Origin: Candidatus Hydrogenedentota bacterium
Lineage (GTDB): Bacteria; Hydrogenedentota; Hydrogenedentia; Hydrogenedentales; JAEUWI01
Direction: 5' to 3'
Assembly: GCA_034669905.1 (NCBI GenBank)
Contig: JAXMOL010000012.1
Location: 64,001-128,000 of the forward strand
Length of the DNA: 64,000 bases
The position numbers and the translations under genes were made by a program. Shown here piece by piece: positions 28,512 through 39,195 of the stretch (positions are counted from its first letter, which is position 1; each line of letters starts with the position of its first letter). Below the pieces are notes generated by a model. It did no database searches, had not been told where the DNA came from, and saw nothing but the letters and a program-made list of their open reading frames with translations.

Positions 28512-29804
28512 CTAGGCGATGGTGGGCACCACGAAGTCGGGGTGATAATCGCGCTTGAGGAAGCTGTTGGCTTCGTCGTCGGCGAACTTAAGGGCCTTCG
28601 GGTCGAATTCCAGCGAGCGGCCCAGGCGGTAGGAGGTATTCGCCAGGTGGCAGCAGGTGCAGCTCATATGGGCATCATCCATCGTGCCTTTGATTTCACC
28701 CTTGTCACGGGACTTCACCGCATTGATGAAGTTCTGGAAGTGACTTGGTGCTTCGGGGGTGGGGTACTTGCTCGCATCGAGTTCGATAGGCTGGTTCTTC
28801 GTGTCGAAGAAGCCCTTGCCTTCCACATAGTAACCGCCCTCGCCGTAGAAGAGGTTACCCACGTTCACACCGGCTTCGTCATTGGTCCATCGATTGCGGA
28901 CTTCGAAGACCAGCATGGTGCCGTCGTCGTAGGTGAAGGTGGCGACATTGGTGTTGGGCGTTTCGGCCTGATCGTCATAGGTATACCGGCCACCGGCGCT
29001 GTAGACTTTGGACGGGATGCCCTTGTTCATACCCCACGCGGCCACATCCATCTGGTGTACGCCCTGGTTGCCGATTTCACCGTTGCCGTAGTGCCAGAAC
29101 CAGTGCCAGCTATAGGGATGGTAGAGCTTGTTGTAGGGCTGTTCCGACGCGGGGCCCTGCCAGAGGCGCCAATCGAGACCGTTGGGCGCTTCTTTGTTGG
29201 GCTCATGGCCCAGGGAGCCGCGGTTGCCATTCTTGTAGCCGAGGGCACGGGCCGTGTGGATGTCACCGATGATCTCACCGGACTGGAGGAGGGGAATATC
29301 CCGGAGCCAGGCGGTCTTGGAACGGCTTTGCGTACCATGCTGGATGATGCGGTCACTGGATGCGGCCAGCTTGGCCAACTGATGACTCTCAAAGACCTCG
29401 TGGGAGGCCGGCTTTTCGACGTAGACGTCTTTACCTGCTTCCACGGCCCACACGGTGGCGAGGGTGTGCCAGTGATTGGGAGTGGCAATGGAGACCGCGT
29501 CGATGTTGGGGTCCTGCAGCGCTTCGCGAATGTCGGTATAGCGCTTAATCTGGATTCCGTATTTCTTTTCGTACCCGTCGGCCTTCATCTTCAGGATGCG
29601 CGCGTCGGCATCACAAAAGGCATACATGTTGGTGTCGGGCGAATCGATCCAGGCCTTGATGTGGGCGTTGCCCCGACCATTCACCCCCATGACGAGCATG
29701 TTGATCTTTTCGTTGGCCCCTTCCACTTTTCCTTTGACCATGGTGCCAGCGGCGACCACCGCCGCAGCGGATGTGCCGAGGAAGCTTCTTCTCGAGAGTG
29801 TCAT
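28512..29804 (-). CDS. Tat-exported Gfo/Idh/MocA oxidoreductase
   Basis: MTLSRRSFLG, GVNGRG, IATPNHWH, GKDVYVEKP, GEIGNQGVHQMD. Confidence 0.93.
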   Translation of the reverse strand: MTLSRRSFLGTSAAAVVAAGTMVKGKVEGANEKINMLVMGVNGRGNAHIKAWIDSPDTNMYAFCDADARILKMKADGYEKKYGIQIKRYTDIREALQDPNIDAVSIATPNHWHTLATVWAVEAGKDVYVEKPASHEVFESHQLAKLAASSDRIIQHGTQSRSKTAWLRDIPLLQSGEIIGDIHTARALGYKNGNRGSLGHEPNKEAPNGLDWRLWQGPASEQPYNKLYHPYSWHWFWHYGNGEIGNQGVHQMDVAAWGMNKGIPSKVYSAGGRYTYDDQAETPNTNVATFTYDDGTMLVFEVRNRWTNDEAGVNVGNLFYGEGGYYVEGKGFFDTKNQPIELDASKYPTPEAPSHFQNFINAVKSRDKGEIKGTMDDAHMSCTCCHLANTSYRLGRSLEFDPKALKFADDEANSFLKRDYHPDFVVPTIA

Positions 29805-30027
29805 GTCATTTCTCCATTGTTGGCGGTTGTGGAAAATACACCGACCCGAAACCGCCGGCAGTTGGTTGGTGCCAGGGAGACGCAATACTGGATGGGTGTC
29901 TGGCAACAGAGGAGGTTGCGTCCTTCGCCCTGCCGCCCTATACTCATCTCTATTGTTACGGATTCTCCGCCGGATTTCAAGCCATCCCGGCGTGTCTTTT
30001 TGCCCCATCGTTCCGGAGTTCCCCGCT

Positions 30028-31245
30028 GTGTCTGAATCTCGCTCCCTCTCACTTCAGGCGCGGGTGGTATTATCGCTCAACGTGCTCTACAACGTGGCCG
30101 ACGCGTTGTGCAGCGTCTTCGTAGGTGTCTATCTCTGGGTCAACAGCCACGACATCAACGTGGTCTGCTTCCACTATCTTGCCCTCTATCTCGTGACGCC
30201 CGCCGTGTATCTGTTCGCGGGGTGGTATTCCCAACGCTTCGACCGGCTCCACGTGTTCCGGATTGGGGTGGCGCTCCACGGGGCCTATTACGGCCTTCTA
30301 CTCTGGCTGCAGGCGGATGCCGCCCAGCACACCGTGGCCCTCGGTGCCATGCTCGGTGTGGCCTGGGGATTCTTCTGGGCCGGAAACAATACCTTCAACT
30401 ACGATGTGGTCGATGCCGGGCGCCGGGACTACTTTTTTGGCTGGATGAACGCCCTGGTGGGTATTGCACGTTTCGGTGCTCCGGCCGTGAGTGCGGTCGT
30501 GCTCTACCTGGCCCCGGTGGAGGAAACGGGCTATCAGATCTTGTTCGGCGTGGCGGCCCTGCTCTACGGCGTGCTCGTCGCGGGGAGCTTCTTCATCGAC
30601 CGCGATGCGGGCGGTCGTCCCTTCCGACTGAAACGGGCCCTCTTTCCCGGGCGGGATCAGCGCGACTGGCGCCTCGTGATGTGGGCCTCTGCGACCCAGG
30701 CAGGGTCCTTTCACATTTTCTACTTTCTGCTTGGCCTGGCCATGTATATCGAGACCGACAGTGCCACGACGGTCGGGGCCTTTACCGCCTTTCAATTCCT
30801 GGCCGGTATTCTGGTCTCTCTGGCGATAGGGAAATATATCACGCCCCAGACCCGGCGGCCCGCGATGGCCGTGGCCGCGGCGCTGCTTGTGGTGGCCGGG
30901 GCCATCATCGGATGGGACATTACCGTGGTAACGCTCGTGGTATTTGGCTTCATTCGTTCGATTGCCCTGCCGCTCTTCATGATTCCCTTTTCCAGCATTC
31001 GGCTCGACGTCATTGACCACTGTGCCGAAGAGCCGGCCCAACGTATCGAGTACATGTGTGCGAGCGAAGTGCCCCTGGCGGTGGGGCGCGTCGTCATGAT
31101 GAGCGCGCTGATTCTGCTCTCCGCGCAGCTCGATGAGTTGGGAATTCGCATCGCGCTCTTCCTGCTGTGTGCTAACCGAATTCTCACCTATCTCCTAATT
31201 GTCAGGACGAGTGTGGTTGAAAATGGAGAAAAGGTGGTAAGATAA
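30028..31245 (+). CDS. MFS transporter
   Basis: About 12 hydrophobic segments and an MFS-like loop pattern; probable GTG start at 30028. Confidence 0.75.
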   Translation: MSESRSLSLQARVVLSLNVLYNVADALCSVFVGVYLWVNSHDINVVCFHYLALYLVTPAVYLFAGWYSQRFDRLHVFRIGVALHGAYYGLLLWLQADAAQHTVALGAMLGVAWGFFWAGNNTFNYDVVDAGRRDYFFGWMNALVGIARFGAPAVSAVVLYLAPVEETGYQILFGVAALLYGVLVAGSFFIDRDAGGRPFRLKRALFPGRDQRDWRLVMWASATQAGSFHIFYFLLGLAMYIETDSATTVGAFTAFQFLAGILVSLAIGKYITPQTRRPAMAVAAALLVVAGAIIGWDITVVTLVVFGFIRSIALPLFMIPFSSIRLDVIDHCAEEPAQRIEYMCASEVPLAVGRVVMMSALILLSAQLDELGIRIALFLLCANRILTYLLIVRTSVVENGEKVVR

Positions 31246-31305
31246 GAGCAGGGAGGGGCTTGTTGTCATCGTAGGTGTCGTGGGGAGGGCCCGTGACAGT
31301 CGGAA

Positions 31306-33795
31306 ATGCGTGCCGGACGAAGTGAGCCGTTCGGGCAACAGGTCGAGGGGCTTTTTGGATTGGCTACAAAGAAGTCAACACTGAAGCGCTATAGCGTCAC
31401 ATGTAAGTGTGGCAACAAGATGCGTGTCCGCAGTCGCCATTTCGGGCGCATGTGTCGGTGCACGGTGTGTGAATTTCCCATTTATGTGACATTCTACAAC
31501 GTGACGCCCCCCGTCCATCCGTCCGACCGCGAAGTGCTCCACCATTACGACGCCGATTCCATCCCGTTTAATTGGAACAAGGGTGATCTCCTGATGGAGA
31601 TGTACGACGTTCGCGAAGAGCTCGGTCGGGGGGGGATGGGGGTAGTCCACCGCGTCCACCATCGGGGTTGGGGCATTGATGTGGCCGTCAAGAGTCCCAA
31701 GAAGCGGCTGGTCTCCGAGCAGGGCTGGGTCGACACCTTCGAACACGAGTGCGAAACCTGGACCAACCTGCCCCCGCACCCCAACACGGTGGTGTGTTAT
31801 TGTGTGCGCCGTCTGGGTGACATCCCCCGTGTGTTCGTGGAACTCGTTGAGGGGCAAGACCTGGGGCGATTGATCAAAGAAAAAACGCTCTACGCGGGGG
31901 ATAGTGATGCGGTTATCCACCGCATTCTTGATATTGCCATTCAAGTGGCGCGGGGGCTGCACCATGCCCACGAAAATGGGGTGGTGCACCAGGATGTGAA
32001 ACCGAAGAACATGCTGGTCTCTTCCACCGGCGACGTAAAAGTCACCGATTTCGGATTGGCCCGGGTGGGGGTGGCGGAGAGCGAGAGCGGCGTGTCGTCG
32101 GGGCGTCTTGTGCGCTGGGGTCCCCTCGGTGGCACACCGGTCTACACCTCGCCCGATTACAAGAAACTGAACGAAGTGACGGCCCAGAGCGATATCTGGA
32201 GCCTTGGCCTGGCCATTATTGAGATGTTCAGCGGGGAAGTGTTCTGGCAGGATGGCACCGAGGCCCGAACGGTGATGGAAACCCTGCTGCAGCATGGCGC
32301 GCGCTACGACATGGTGCCGGTGATGCCCCCATCGTTGTTGCCGGTGCTATCTCAGTGTTTCGAAGACGATCCCGAAAAACGGCCTGGCAGTATGCTGGAA
32401 TTGGCGCACATGCTCGAAGAAGTCCACGAGCGTGACCTTGGTCAGCCCTACTTTCGCCCCCTTCCGGACATCCAGGTGCAACAACATGACCTGATGAATA
32501 ACCGGGCAGCATCCCTCGCGGAGCTGGGTCAGAAACACGAGGCGGAAGCGTTGTGGACCGAGATTCGGAAAGTCGATCCGGCCCATATTGAAGCGCGCTA
32601 CAACCTGGCCCTCCACCAGTGGCGTCACGGGCGTATATCGGACAATGAAGTGGTGGCCAAGCTCTACCGGCTTTGCGCCATTCACGAGCAGCAGTGGCTC
32701 CCCCGGTATCTGCTGGCCCGCGTCCTGGTCGAGCGGGGGGATGCGACTACGGCCTGTAAGATTCTCAACAACCTGCCCCGAGAGATTCGCCGTTCCCGGG
32801 AAGTTTCCTTCGGGATGGCCATTTCCCACGAGTGGACGACCAAGGATAAGCTGCCCGTCTGGGAGAGCCGGGCACACTCTACCGCCATTACAGCGGTCCA
32901 TGCTTCCTTTGATGGGCAATGGATAATGACCGGCTGTGAGTCAGGAAAAATCCGGCTGTGGGACCGTGGGTCAAGCTCCGTATCTCAAAGTATGCTCGGG
33001 CACGACGGGATGGTCAATGCACTCGCCATCCGAAGTTGTGAGAAAGTCGCCGTGTCCGCCGGTGCGGATGGGGTGGTCCGCGTCTGGAATACGCAAGATG
33101 GCGCCTGTACCGCCGAATTGGTCGGTCATGAAGGTCCGGTCCACTGCCTCTCCCTGGGAGAGAATCAAGGGACCCTCATATCGGGCGGGGCCGATGGGAC
33201 CATCCGCCACTGGAATCTCGCCGGGGGAGTCTGCACGCGGGTGGTGGATTCAGAAGACAGTGCTATTCTCAACGTTTCGCTCAGTCAAAATGGGCTCTAT
33301 GCCCTGTCGGGACACGAGTCCGGCATGCTTCGCGTCTGGGATCTTCAGACGGGCAAGAACCTGAAGTGTCTGGGGCAGAACAAGGGGGCGGTTCTCGCGA
33401 TGGACGTGAGTCACACGCGCCCCTATGCCGTTACCAGCAGCGGATCGCGCATTAAGATTTGGAATCTGGGCCGGGGCGAGATCATCCGCACGCTCTACGG
33501 GCACCGAACGGCAGTCGTGGATGCCCGGATCGATGTGTCCAATCGCTTTGTCGTGTCCGCCTCTTCGCAGGGCACCATCAAGATCTGGAATCTACACACG
33601 GGGCAGTGCATCCGGAGTCTGCGGGGCTCGGCCCCCCTGGATCTCAGTCAGAATGGTCGTTATTGTGTGACGGGCGACGCCACGGGAACGGTACATTGCT
33701 GGCAACTTTACCTGGATTACACCCCACCGATTGCACCCTATATGATCTGCCGGGATTTCATCGAAAACCGGGAGTACTCCGCCTCGGACCTTTGA
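31306..33795 (+). CDS. Ser/Thr protein kinase with N-terminal Zn-ribbon, TPR and C-terminal WD40 repeats
   Basis: CKCG...CRCTVC; LGRGGMGVV, VAVK, HQDVKPKN, TDFGLAR, SDIWSLG; GH...WD/WN repeats. The true start may be TTG at 31360. Confidence 0.92.
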   Translation: MRAGRSEPFGQQVEGLFGLATKKSTLKRYSVTCKCGNKMRVRSRHFGRMCRCTVCEFPIYVTFYNVTPPVHPSDREVLHHYDADSIPFNWNKGDLLMEMYDVREELGRGGMGVVHRVHHRGWGIDVAVKSPKKRLVSEQGWVDTFEHECETWTNLPPHPNTVVCYCVRRLGDIPRVFVELVEGQDLGRLIKEKTLYAGDSDAVIHRILDIAIQVARGLHHAHENGVVHQDVKPKNMLVSSTGDVKVTDFGLARVGVAESESGVSSGRLVRWGPLGGTPVYTSPDYKKLNEVTAQSDIWSLGLAIIEMFSGEVFWQDGTEARTVMETLLQHGARYDMVPVMPPSLLPVLSQCFEDDPEKRPGSMLELAHMLEEVHERDLGQPYFRPLPDIQVQQHDLMNNRAASLAELGQKHEAEALWTEIRKVDPAHIEARYNLALHQWRHGRISDNEVVAKLYRLCAIHEQQWLPRYLLARVLVERGDATTACKILNNLPREIRRSREVSFGMAISHEWTTKDKLPVWESRAHSTAITAVHASFDGQWIMTGCESGKIRLWDRGSSSVSQSMLGHDGMVNALAIRSCEKVAVSAGADGVVRVWNTQDGACTAELVGHEGPVHCLSLGENQGTLISGGADGTIRHWNLAGGVCTRVVDSEDSAILNVSLSQNGLYALSGHESGMLRVWDLQTGKNLKCLGQNKGAVLAMDVSHTRPYAVTSSGSRIKIWNLGRGEIIRTLYGHRTAVVDARIDVSNRFVVSASSQGTIKIWNLHTGQCIRSLRGSAPLDLSQNGRYCVTGDATGTVHCWQLYLDYTPPIAPYMICRDFIENREYSASDL

Positions 33796-33819
33796 ACTGT
33801 CGGTCGGCTCTGCGGGGGA

Positions 33820-36465
33820 TCATGAAGAAGGGGCACCGCGCTGGGCGGTGAGCTCGACGACGGTATCGCGCTTTTTCCGGACGCGCAGCGTGCGTTCGTC
33901 GGCATCTCCTCGCGAGGCGGTAAAGATTTCTTCGGCCATGGTGAGAAAGCGCGCGGCCTCTTCCATTTCGCCCAGCGCGATATAGAGATTCCCCAGGGCA
34001 TAGGCATCGGCTCCGACCCGATCGTCCCGCTCCCCAAAGCGGGTCTGGTTATTCTTCAGGGCCTGCTCCTGAAAGAGCGCCGCCTGGAAATAGTTTTCCT
34101 GGGCCCGATAGATGCGAACCATACGGCTGTACAGGGCGCTCAGTCCATCGGCATCCATCCAGGGATTCACTTCCTGGAGCTGGTAAGCTTTCAGCAAGAC
34201 GGCTTCGGCCTCTTCGAGTCGCTCGAGGTGGCCAAGGGCCCGACCCAGGTATATCAAGTCGGGGCCGAGGGTGGGGCTGTCTGGACCCGCTGCCGCCTCA
34301 GTCAAGGCCAGGGCCTGTTTCAGACAGCGGATTGCTTCCTCATCTTCGTAGGCATCCAGAAAGGTACGCCCCTTCTGACGCCAGATGAGGGCTTTGGTCA
34401 CCGTCGGGCCCGGTTTCAGATTTTCCCATACGGCCAAGGCTTCGTCGAGGCATTGGTGGGCCTGCTCATACCGGGAGCGCGCCCGATGAACCCGTGCGAT
34501 GCCTGCGAGGTCTGCCGCCACACTTTCATGGATGGGCCCGAAGTCATCGCGGTCACAGTAGAGCGCATGCTCATAAAACTTCATCGCCTCTTCAAAACGC
34601 TTGGTTTCCACGAGACAATGGGCCAGGTTTCGAGAGTATTGTGCGAGGGCCCCCAGAACGGGCTCTTCCGCATTCTCTTCCGACTGAATGGCGCGCAGGA
34701 AACAGGCCTGCGCCTGGGCATGCTCATCCTGATGGTGATGCAACTGCCCCAGGCCATTCAGGCACTCGGCGACCACCGAATGATTCCAGCAATACACGTC
34801 AATAAAGATTTCGATGGTCTCGGCATAGGCCGCCTTGGCTGCTGGTATGTCCCCCATCAGCTCCAAGACCTGGCAGAGATTGCGGCTGGGCATGGTCAAC
34901 ATGCTGCGGTGTGCGGGGCCCATGGCCGCATCGCGGGCCGGGCCATAAATCGCCTCACAGAGGGCGAAGGCCCGCTTGTAACAGTCCCGCGCTTCGGCAA
35001 AATTGCCCTGATCCTGCAGTACTACCCCCAGGCTGTTGGTGCGCGAGGCAATCGTCGGGTGGGCGGCCGTACCATACAGGGCCTCCGCCACGGAAATGGC
35101 CCGCTCGAAACATTCGCGGGCCAATCCGTACTCCTCACAGGCGTGGATATAGAGCCCGACCTGGTTGAGTAAGGCACCGGTGCTTTCGCGCAGATTGTCC
35201 GCGTGCTGGCTCAGCCGGGTTACGGCGAGGGCGTGACGGACGAGGAGCGAGCATGCCGGGATGGGATGGGTGTATTCCGTTTCTACAGGGAAGGCTTCCA
35301 GCACGACGCGAAGGGCGGTCATCAACCAGGCATTGGCTTGTTCCTTGCCAAGGAGTTGTCGGGTTGCGAACTGCACCTCCGGATGCATGGTGATACTGTT
35401 CTGCTCGAATTGGATCAGCCCCAGACGGAACAACAAGGAGAGGGTCAGATTGAGCGACTCGGGCTCTGTAACACACGCACTCAGGCGTTTGGGCAGGAAA
35501 GGGCTCCCATCATACAAGGTCACCAGCGGGATGTCATCCGCGTCCAGAAAGGCGCAAAGGGCCACCAGGGCCAATGCGGCAGGATCCTGATCAGAAATGT
35601 GACGCAATGACTGGGTCACGGCTGCCGTCACGATGGCCTGGGAGGGCCTCCGGTCGCCGTCCATCGAATCGGGGCGTTGGCCCAATCGCTCGCCGTATTC
35701 CGCCGCCGAGACGTTCGCCTCGTGGCAATAGGCGGCGGCCAGATAAAGGGCCTGGGTGTTGCCCTGAAAATATTCGACCAGGCGGTTGAGCGCGTCGTCA
35801 TCACGCTGCCCGCTGCGGTGTCGGATGATGCGCAGGGCAGCCGCGGCTTCAAGCGGAGGATGGGCAACTACGTGGACTTTTCCGCCTTCCAGCGGAACGC
35901 TGCCGGTGATCAGTATGCGACCGTGCTGGGTCCCCTGCAGGAGTTCGTGGAGGATGGACAGGTCCGATACACCGTCCACCAGGAGCAACCAGTCTTCGTG
36001 CTGCTGCAGCCATTCCAGAAAGAGGGCCACCCGCCGTGGGTGAGGCAGTTCTTCCCGTGCGCTGAGGCCCAGTTCGTCAGCCAGACGGGATAGGCCCAGG
36101 CGATAGAGGACGGGGTCCCGTCCGTCAACCCAGAATACCGCGTCGTAACTACCACGTATTCCGTGAGCACAGGCCAGGGAAGTCTGCGTGGTACCCGTAC
36201 CCGAAGGGCCGAGAAGGTGGCAAACGGGATGGGACTGCAGGGCCTGCTTCAGTTTTTCAAGGGTGCCCTCCCGTCCCATGAAGTAGGGGTTGGGCCGCTG
36301 TCGGACATGCCAGTACCGGGGTTCGGGCACGGGGGCACCCGACGGGGGTGTTTCATGGACCGGATCGGGGGTATCGATACGACGCCGCGGTCGTCGCGCC
36401 CGTGGGGGACGTTCCGGTTGTGGCGTATCGATGTGACCGCCCCCCTGCGGTGAACCCATGGTCAT
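33820..36465 (-). CDS. NB-ARC-like (STAND) P-loop protein with TPR repeats; degenerate Walker A
   Basis: NPYFMGRE, GPSGTGTTQ, VFWVDG, WLLLVDGV, GRILIT, MHPEVQ, then kinesin-light-chain-type TPRs (HPTIASRTNSLG); GGGGAG RBS before ATG 36465. Confidence 0.85.
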   Translation of the reverse strand: MTMGSPQGGGHIDTPQPERPPRARRPRRRIDTPDPVHETPPSGAPVPEPRYWHVRQRPNPYFMGREGTLEKLKQALQSHPVCHLLGPSGTGTTQTSLACAHGIRGSYDAVFWVDGRDPVLYRLGLSRLADELGLSAREELPHPRRVALFLEWLQQHEDWLLLVDGVSDLSILHELLQGTQHGRILITGSVPLEGGKVHVVAHPPLEAAAALRIIRHRSGQRDDDALNRLVEYFQGNTQALYLAAAYCHEANVSAAEYGERLGQRPDSMDGDRRPSQAIVTAAVTQSLRHISDQDPAALALVALCAFLDADDIPLVTLYDGSPFLPKRLSACVTEPESLNLTLSLLFRLGLIQFEQNSITMHPEVQFATRQLLGKEQANAWLMTALRVVLEAFPVETEYTHPIPACSLLVRHALAVTRLSQHADNLRESTGALLNQVGLYIHACEEYGLARECFERAISVAEALYGTAAHPTIASRTNSLGVVLQDQGNFAEARDCYKRAFALCEAIYGPARDAAMGPAHRSMLTMPSRNLCQVLELMGDIPAAKAAYAETIEIFIDVYCWNHSVVAECLNGLGQLHHHQDEHAQAQACFLRAIQSEENAEEPVLGALAQYSRNLAHCLVETKRFEEAMKFYEHALYCDRDDFGPIHESVAADLAGIARVHRARSRYEQAHQCLDEALAVWENLKPGPTVTKALIWRQKGRTFLDAYEDEEAIRCLKQALALTEAAAGPDSPTLGPDLIYLGRALGHLERLEEAEAVLLKAYQLQEVNPWMDADGLSALYSRMVRIYRAQENYFQAALFQEQALKNNQTRFGERDDRVGADAYALGNLYIALGEMEEAARFLTMAEEIFTASRGDADERTLRVRKKRDTVVELTAQRGAPSS

Positions 36466-36604
36466 GGTAGCTCCCCGTTGTGCAGGTGCTTTTGGTGTGA
36501 ATGGGACGTGGCGTGTTCCCCGGGAGTCATGTAAAAGCCCTCCATCCTCGGCACAGACCTCTTCCACAGTTGGGGCACGAAGGCGTGCCGGATGGCGATC
36601 TCTG

Positions 36605-38191
36605 TTAACTGTAGCTATGATACCGACTTTCGCCGGGCGTGTAAACTCTGTTCTGACGAATAAGTCCCCCTAAAAGGCACAGGAGCAGAAGGCTGGCCAG
36701 GCCCTGCAGGAGGGCCAGGGCTGACACCATGGCGGTCGGGCCATAGTGCATGAGTGTGAAGATGCGCAGGGAGACGGGGACCCAGCCGGGGGGGGCGACG
36801 AGGACGATGCATTCCAGTTCCCCCATGATCAAGAGAAAGAGGCCCATCCATAGGGCGGCGAGGGGGCGTCGAATGAGGGGGAGCGTAATCCGCCAGAAGA
36901 TTTGGCTCCGAGTTGCTCCAAAACAGCGCGCTGCCTCTGGAATCTCCGCGGGAAGCCAGCGCACGACGAGAAGGACGCCCAGCCAGCCGAAGAGGGCGTA
37001 GCGGGCGGTAACCGCGATTAGGAGGATGGGAAAGCGGTCGTAGATGTAACCGAGGGGCCCCGCATGGTTCCAGCACGCGATGAGCCCCACGCCCAGGACC
37101 GGCCCCGAGACCAGGTACGCCATGGCCAGGGGTACAAAGAATGCCTGGTTGGGTCGCGTTCGGGACAGGGCGAGCGGCAAGGTGAGGAGGAGGAGCACGG
37201 TGGCCCCCAAGCCGCTCAGGAGGAGGCTGGTTCCAATCTCGTGAAAGCCCGTCTGTGCGGCACTCCAGAGGGCGTGGGGCGTTTCAATGCGTCGGAGCAG
37301 GGCCACGGTGGGAAGTCCCAGGGTGAGGGTGGCAAGCGCCGCGCCATATGCGCGGGCCATGGTCCTCCGAGCAAGGGGGGGCGACGTGCGGAGAATGGGC
37401 TGCTGTGAAACGGTCGGTAGATATCGAAGAAGTAGGGCGGCCACGCAGAGCCCGGTCGTGAGCAGGGGGAGCGCGAGGAGTACGGCCTGCCGGTGGTCTA
37501 AGAGACTGTTGAAGCTGCTGAATATTTCCACCGTAAAGACCGGCACCTGAAGCAGGGAGGGGACCGAAAAACTCAAGAGGGATAGGAGAGAAACGATTAA
37601 TGCGCTCGTGGCGATGGCGGGGCGGAGCAGCGGCACGGTGATGTGCCAGAAGACAGCGCGTAGGGGGGCCAGGGTCCGTGCGGCGTCCTGGAGCTGAGGG
37701 TCTTGCTGACGCAGGTGGAGCCACACGGTAAACAGCGGCACGGGATACCAGCTCAGTGCCTGTACGAGGACAACGCCCGTGGGTGTGTAGAGGGAGAAGG
37801 GGGTGATGCCCCATGCGGCCAGGAGGCCCTGGGGACCGAGCACATCTATCCAGGCGACGGCCATGATATGGGGCGGGAGAAAGAGGGGAGCGGCCAGCAG
37901 GGCGGGGAGGATACTGCGACGCGTTCCTGCAAGGAGATGGAGGGCGTAGCCGAGGGGGGCGCCAATCAGGGTGGCGACGCCTACGGTGCCCACAGCGATG
38001 GTGCAGCTCTTGAGCCAGAGTCCCCACAGGCGTGGCGTGCTCAGTAGTCCAAGCGCCTCCGTTACACGCTCGGTGGGGGAGCCCAAGAGGGGGAGGAAGG
38101 CGGCGATGACGGGCGACAGGCAGGCCAGGAGCAGCACGCCGCCGCAGCCTCGCAGTGCCCATCGGTCGGGCTGGATTCTATTGGTGCTCAC
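36605..38191 (-). CDS. Iron(III) ABC transporter permease (FbpB-like)
   Basis: Two permease modules with EAA-like loops (LQDAARTL, IPEAARCFGA...FWRITLPL). Confidence 0.88.
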   Translation of the reverse strand: MSTNRIQPDRWALRGCGGVLLLACLSPVIAAFLPLLGSPTERVTEALGLLSTPRLWGLWLKSCTIAVGTVGVATLIGAPLGYALHLLAGTRRSILPALLAAPLFLPPHIMAVAWIDVLGPQGLLAAWGITPFSLYTPTGVVLVQALSWYPVPLFTVWLHLRQQDPQLQDAARTLAPLRAVFWHITVPLLRPAIATSALIVSLLSLLSFSVPSLLQVPVFTVEIFSSFNSLLDHRQAVLLALPLLTTGLCVAALLLRYLPTVSQQPILRTSPPLARRTMARAYGAALATLTLGLPTVALLRRIETPHALWSAAQTGFHEIGTSLLLSGLGATVLLLLTLPLALSRTRPNQAFFVPLAMAYLVSGPVLGVGLIACWNHAGPLGYIYDRFPILLIAVTARYALFGWLGVLLVVRWLPAEIPEAARCFGATRSQIFWRITLPLIRRPLAALWMGLFLLIMGELECIVLVAPPGWVPVSLRIFTLMHYGPTAMVSALALLQGLASLLLLCLLGGLIRQNRVYTPGESRYHSYS

Positions 38192-39195
38192 CGAACCAGT
38201 AGCGCCCGGAGCCGGGTGGCGGATGTTTCCATCTGGGCGGCGATTTCAGGAAAGGACGGTGACATGGTGTGGATGTCGGAAATGACAGGGACCGACTTGG
38301 GCGCGGTTACGGCGGGGTTGAGGGGGATCTGGATGGAGCGGCTTTCTGCCAGGCGTTTTTCCACGTCCGGGCTCAGCAGGTATTCGATGAGCTGTTTCGC
38401 ACCTTCCGGATTGGGGCCATGTTTGATCAGGGCAACCGTGTTAGGGATAAGCAGCGTGCCCAGTTCGTCTTGGTCGGGCAGCAGCCACGCCACCGGGAAA
38501 CCATCGACGACGGCACCGTTGGCATCGTCGGTGTCGGTCAGGCCAAAGGCATATTCGCCCCGGGCCACGGCATCCCGCACGACCCCATTTCCGGCGACGA
38601 AGGCAACGTCGTTGTCCACGAGTTGCTGGAAAAAGTGCATGGTGTCGGTTTCGCCCCAGGCGGCAAACAGCGCCGCTGCGTGGGTGGCCGTCGTTCCGAA
38701 GAGTGGCAGGGCCACGGCACACTGACCTTTGTATTCCGGACGAATGAAGTCCTGAATGGACGTTGGGGGCGAAGTGACGCGCTCCGTGTTGTAGATAATG
38801 ACCCGGGCACGGGCGGCAAAGCCGGTCCAATAGGCTTCGGGGTCCTTAAAGGCGTCGGGGATGGCTTTCGATGCGGTGGGTGCGTAGGGGGCGAGTGCGC
38901 CCCGGTCTTTTAAAAGGATCGTCTGGGCCACTTCGTTGTTCCAGAAGACATCGCAGCGTGGGCGTCCGGTTTCGTTGAGCAGGCGGGTGACCAATCCCGT
39001 CGTTTTGGCAGCTTCCGTATCGTAGACCGCCTTGACCGCAATGCCCGTATCCGCCGTGAAGGCATCGAGTATGGGTCGGGAGTAGATTTCATCCAGGGCG
39101 GTGTAGACGACGACGGAATCTTTGGAGGAGCCGCCGCAACTGGTCATGACTCCCAGTGCCAAAATGAGGATGCTCTTGCTCACTGCGCGTATCAT
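38188..39195 (-). CDS. Iron(III) ABC transporter substrate-binding lipoprotein (FbpA/AfuA-like)
   Basis: Lipobox MTSC, VVVYTALD, DVFWNNE, WTGFAARARVIIYN, LTDTDDA. Confidence 0.88.
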   Translation of the reverse strand: MIRAVSKSILILALGVMTSCGGSSKDSVVVYTALDEIYSRPILDAFTADTGIAVKAVYDTEAAKTTGLVTRLLNETGRPRCDVFWNNEVAQTILLKDRGALAPYAPTASKAIPDAFKDPEAYWTGFAARARVIIYNTERVTSPPTSIQDFIRPEYKGQCAVALPLFGTTATHAAALFAAWGETDTMHFFQQLVDNDVAFVAGNGVVRDAVARGEYAFGLTDTDDANGAVVDGFPVAWLLPDQDELGTLLIPNTVALIKHGPNPEGAKQLIEYLLSPDVEKRLAESRSIQIPLNPAVTAPKSVPVISDIHTMSPSFPEIAAQMETSATRLRALLVR

